This document shows positions 60,942 to 64,000 of a stretch of DNA of 64,000 nucleotides, piece after piece. This DNA comes from Patescibacteria group bacterium (GTDB lineage Bacteria; Patescibacteriota; Microgenomatia; UBA1406), in assembly GCA_041665145.1 (NCBI GenBank), contig JBAYJK010000001.1, positions 165,629 through 229,628 of the forward strand, in the 5' to 3' direction. Position 1 is the first letter of the stretch; each line of letters begins with the position of its first letter. Both the position numbers and the translations under genes were made by a program. Under the pieces are notes generated by a model. It was given only the letters and a program-made list of their open reading frames with translations. It made no database searches and was not told where the DNA came from.

Positions 60942-63900
60942 ATGTCTAAACAAACTACTCTAAAAAAACCCGAAGACGAAAATATTCGGAAATTATTATC
61001 TCCACGTGCCCAAAGCACTGATTTCTCTTCGCTCGACTTTGTCTCATTCCAGAAAGAGTCGTACAGCAGCTTTCTTTCCACAGAATTTGAGGAAATCTTA
61101 CGGGAGTTTTTTCCAATAGAAGACTATACTCATAAAAACTGGACACTATACTTAGAAAAAGTAGAATTTCAAGCTCCCAAAATTACCGAAGAAGAAACAT
61201 TCGAGAAACAACTGACGTACCAATTTCCTGTTTACCTTCATGTTTCCTTAAAGAATAACCAAACCGGCAAAACCAAATCACAACGTCTCTATTTCTGTGA
61301 TTTGCCGACCATGACGGAAAGAGGCACATTTATTGTCAATGGTATTGAGCGGTGTGTTATTGGACAAATCGTTCGCGCTCCCGGTGTTTACTATACTGGG
61401 GAGCTTGAGCGCTCAACCGGTGTTACTGTATATAATGCTGAAGTCCGTCCGTACATCGGCGCATGGCTTGACTTTTTCATCGGAAAAACCAAACAAATCG
61501 AATCGAAAATAAATAAGCGCCGTAAATTTCCGGCAACACTGTTGTTGAAAATCTTCGGAATGACGAAGGAAGAGATTCTTAAAGAGTTCTCTGACCTTGA
61601 TCAGACGCTGTTCAAAGATTATGTCCTTGGCACTCTTGAGAAAGACAGATCGGAAAACTATGAAGAAGCAGTACTTGAGCTCTACAAGAAAATCAAGCCT
61701 GGTGAGGCTCTTGTTCTTGAGAATGCAAAAGAAACGATTCAAAACCTTTTTTTCAACCCACGCAGATATTCACTTGCTCCGGTTGGACGGTATAAGATAA
61801 ACAAGAAGCTCAACCTGAAAGTCCCAGAGGACAAAGAACACTTTTTGTTGAATAAGGCGGATTTGGTTGCGATCTTGAAATATCTTATTACCAATACCAA
61901 GACTCGTGCGGGATTTGATAATATCGATCATCTCGGTAACCGTCGCGTCCGACGCGTTGGCGAACTCTTGGGTATGTATGGTATTCGTGTTGGTATGATG
62001 CGTGTTGAGCGGGATACAAAAGAACGCATGAGTCTTATTTCTACTGCAAACGATGTAACTCCGTCTCAAATGGTCAACCCGAAACCTCTTATTGCATCGA
62101 TTAACTCGTTTATCAAGACAAGCCAACTTTCGACAATTCTCGATCAGACGAATATATTAGCAGAACTGGACAACTTGCATCGCTTGACCGTCGGAGGCCC
62201 AGGTGGTATTCAAAAAAACCGCGCGTCATTCTCGATTCGTGACATTTCTCCTTCACAGTATGGTCGTATTTGTCCGATCAGAAGTCCTGAGGGACCGAAT
62301 ATCGGTGTTGTCACTTATATGGCACTTTATGCGCGGATTAATCCCTATGGATTCATTGAAGCGCCATACGCGCAGGTTGTAAAAGAAGAAAAAAACGGTG
62401 TCGTTAAGATGCGACAGACAGACAAAATTGTTTACTTGCAACCTGATGATGAGGAAAAATATTTCATCACTCATTCAGGTGTGCACAAAGACGAAAATGG
62501 ATACTTACTTGATCTTCGTGTTCCTGCCCGCCACAAGGGTGAATTTATTGAAACGTCAACTTCTGAGATTCAACTCATAGACATATCGCCGCGTGAAGTT
62601 GTCGGATTATCTGCTTCACTAATTCCGTTTTTGGCAAATGACGACGCAAGTCGTGCTCTTATGGGTACTCACATGCAATGTCAGGCCGTTCCTTTGATCA
62701 GAGCAGAAGCTCCAATTGTCGGAACAGGAATCGAAAAAACCATAGCGCAAAGCGATCAACGCACTATTCACGCTCCGGAAGATGGAACAGTAAAATACGT
62801 CGACGCCAAAAAATTGGTTTTCGTTGGTAAAAGCGGTAAAGAGTATGTTTACAATCTTCATGTTTTCCGGAGGACTAACAAAGACACCAGTTTTTCACAA
62901 ACTCCAATCGTGGAAAATGGTCAAAAAGTCAAAAAACTGGACACGCTTGTCGATGGTCCGACAACTAAAAACGGTGAAATTGCAATCGGTCAAAATCTTC
63001 TCGTTGCCTATATGGCATATGAAGGTTTAGGCTTTGAAGACGCTATTGTCATCTCCGAACGTGTTCTAAAAGAAAATTTCCTGTCCTCAATCGTTATTGA
63101 AGAATTCCGAGCTGACGTAGTTAATACAAAACTAGGACCCGAGGAAATTACTCGCGACATACCGAATGTGCGTGAAGAAATACTTGCCAATCTTGACAAA
63201 AAGGGAATTGCTATCGTCGGATCTCAGGTAACCGGAGGAGACATCCTTGTCGGAAAAGTAGCTCCGAAGGGTGAAAAAGAACTTACTGCAGAAGAGCGGC
63301 TCCTGAAAGCAATTTTTGGTGAAAAAGCGAAGGAAGTACAAGACACATCGCTCACCGTTCCTTACGGAAAAGGCGGAACAGTTGTTGATGTGAAAACCTT
63401 AACGGAAAAAGACGGTGCGGAGCTTGAACCAGGTGTTTTACGAAGAATTGTCGTTCGTTTGGCAGAACTTCGGAAAATTATGGTCGGTGATAAGCTTGCA
63501 GGACGTCATGGTAACAAGGGTGTTGTCTCAAAAATTGTAGCGGTTGAAGACATGCCATATATGGCAGACGGTACTCCGATCGATATAATTATTTCACCGC
63601 TTTCCGTAATTTCACGTATGAATTTGGGTCAGTTATTTGAGACATACATCGGTATGGCTGCCCGCTCACTTGGCTACAAAGTTGCTGTTCCTGTTTTCGA
63701 TCGTATTCCGGAAGAAATACTTATTGGCGAAATGAAGAAAGCAGGATATCCTGCTGACGGAAAATTCACACTGTATAACGGGAAAACCGGAGAAGCATTC
63801 AAAAACCAAATTGTCGTCGGTAACGAATACATACTGAAGCTCGCACACATGGTGAAGGACAAGATCCATGCGCGTTCAACCGGACCTTACTCTTTGGTTT

Positions 63901-64000
63901 CACAGCAACCTCTCGGTGGTAAAGCACAGATGGGTGGTCAGAGATTCGGAGAGATGGAGGTTTGGGCACTTGAAGCACATCGTGCAGCTTATACACTCCA
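60942..64000 (+). CDS. rpoB: DNA-directed RNA polymerase beta subunit, 5' portion (runs off the window; not in the ORF track)
   Basis: My translation from ATG 60942 reads MSKQTTLKKPED...FPIEDYT...TERGTFIVNGIERCVIGQIVRAPGVYY... Later it has GGPGGI, SQYGRICPIRSPEGPNIG, RALMGTHMQCQAVPL, GRHGNKGVVSKI and QQPLGGKAQMGGQRFGEMEVWALEAH. The frame is open to the window end. Confidence 0.95.
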   Translation, partial: MSKQTTLKKPEDENIRKLLSPRAQSTDFSSLDFVSFQKESYSSFLSTEFEEILREFFPIEDYTHKNWTLYLEKVEFQAPKITEEETFEKQLTYQFPVYLHVSLKNNQTGKTKSQRLYFCDLPTMTERGTFIVNGIERCVIGQIVRAPGVYYTGELERSTGVTVYNAEVRPYIGAWLDFFIGKTKQIESKINKRRKFPATLLLKIFGMTKEEILKEFSDLDQTLFKDYVLGTLEKDRSENYEEAVLELYKKIKPGEALVLENAKETIQNLFFNPRRYSLAPVGRYKINKKLNLKVPEDKEHFLLNKADLVAILKYLITNTKTRAGFDNIDHLGNRRVRRVGELLGMYGIRVGMMRVERDTKERMSLISTANDVTPSQMVNPKPLIASINSFIKTSQLSTILDQTNILAELDNLHRLTVGGPGGIQKNRASFSIRDISPSQYGRICPIRSPEGPNIGVVTYMALYARINPYGFIEAPYAQVVKEEKNGVVKMRQTDKIVYLQPDDEEKYFITHSGVHKDENGYLLDLRVPARHKGEFIETSTSEIQLIDISPREVVGLSASLIPFLANDDASRALMGTHMQCQAVPLIRAEAPIVGTGIEKTIAQSDQRTIHAPEDGTVKYVDAKKLVFVGKSGKEYVYNLHVFRRTNKDTSFSQTPIVENGQKVKKLDTLVDGPTTKNGEIAIGQNLLVAYMAYEGLGFEDAIVISERVLKENFLSSIVIEEFRADVVNTKLGPEEITRDIPNVREEILANLDKKGIAIVGSQVTGGDILVGKVAPKGEKELTAEERLLKAIFGEKAKEVQDTSLTVPYGKGGTVVDVKTLTEKDGAELEPGVLRRIVVRLAELRKIMVGDKLAGRHGNKGVVSKIVAVEDMPYMADGTPIDIIISPLSVISRMNLGQLFETYIGMAARSLGYKVAVPVFDRIPEEILIGEMKKAGYPADGKFTLYNGKTGEAFKNQIVVGNEYILKLAHMVKDKIHARSTGPYSLVSQQPLGGKAQMGGQRFGEMEVWALEAHRAAYTL

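Noticed and set aside
229-63996. Dozens of 60-160 aa ORFs in the track lie antisense to, or out of frame within, the long genes. Examples are 9302-9772(-), 16908-17753(+), 37758-38180(+), 34677-35174(-), 49461-49823(-) and 50118-50600(-).
   Set aside because: They are fully embedded in strongly supported genes on the other strand or frame. They have no recognisable motifs and show odd composition. I treat them as shadow ORFs.
1-64000. Search for CRISPR arrays, rRNA genes, transposases, integrases, prophage genes and toxin-antitoxin pairs.
   Set aside because: I saw no regularly spaced direct repeats, rRNA signatures, DDE/tyrosine-recombinase motifs or phage structural genes on either strand. 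The only tRNA is at 3704-3775.

Overview
The window looks like a small, low-GC, gene-dense bacterial genome. Gene content suggests a Candidate Phyla Radiation / Patescibacteria (Microgenomates-like) lineage, which is an inference from these traits: a fused split-type transketolase, a GAD-less AspRS, a short ValRS, a 'YYY' membrane protein, a sortase and a T4SS-pilin-like mini-protein. Most of the window is housekeeping:
- tkt, tsaD, a tsaC-tsaE fusion, valS, rpmH, era, gltX, aspS
- an envelope cluster with PBP1A and sortase
- ftsH, an unusual clpC, sufCBDU, rpsO, pnp, ftsK, and the 5' part of rpoB
- one tRNA(CAU)

I saw no rRNA, CRISPR array or transposase.

Two accessory islands stand out. 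Island 1 (26.9-36.8 kb) carries paired copies of nucleoside hydrolase, M20 amidohydrolase, GNAT-like, PRPP-motif PRT-like and TrpR-family genes, plus a LOG/TIGR00725-like gene. Its regulatory elements are a near-consensus TrpR operator, a second palindromic operator, a leader-peptide attenuator and a T-box leader (probable Tyr specifier). Island 2 (52.1-57.1 kb) carries HD hydrolases, a deoxynucleoside kinase and an APH-like kinase behind terminator-containing leaders.

Many genes appear leaderless, with a -10 box 5-10 nt upstream of the ATG. I used that pattern to refine start codons. All calls come from reading the sequence and from motif recall. No searches or folding programs were run.
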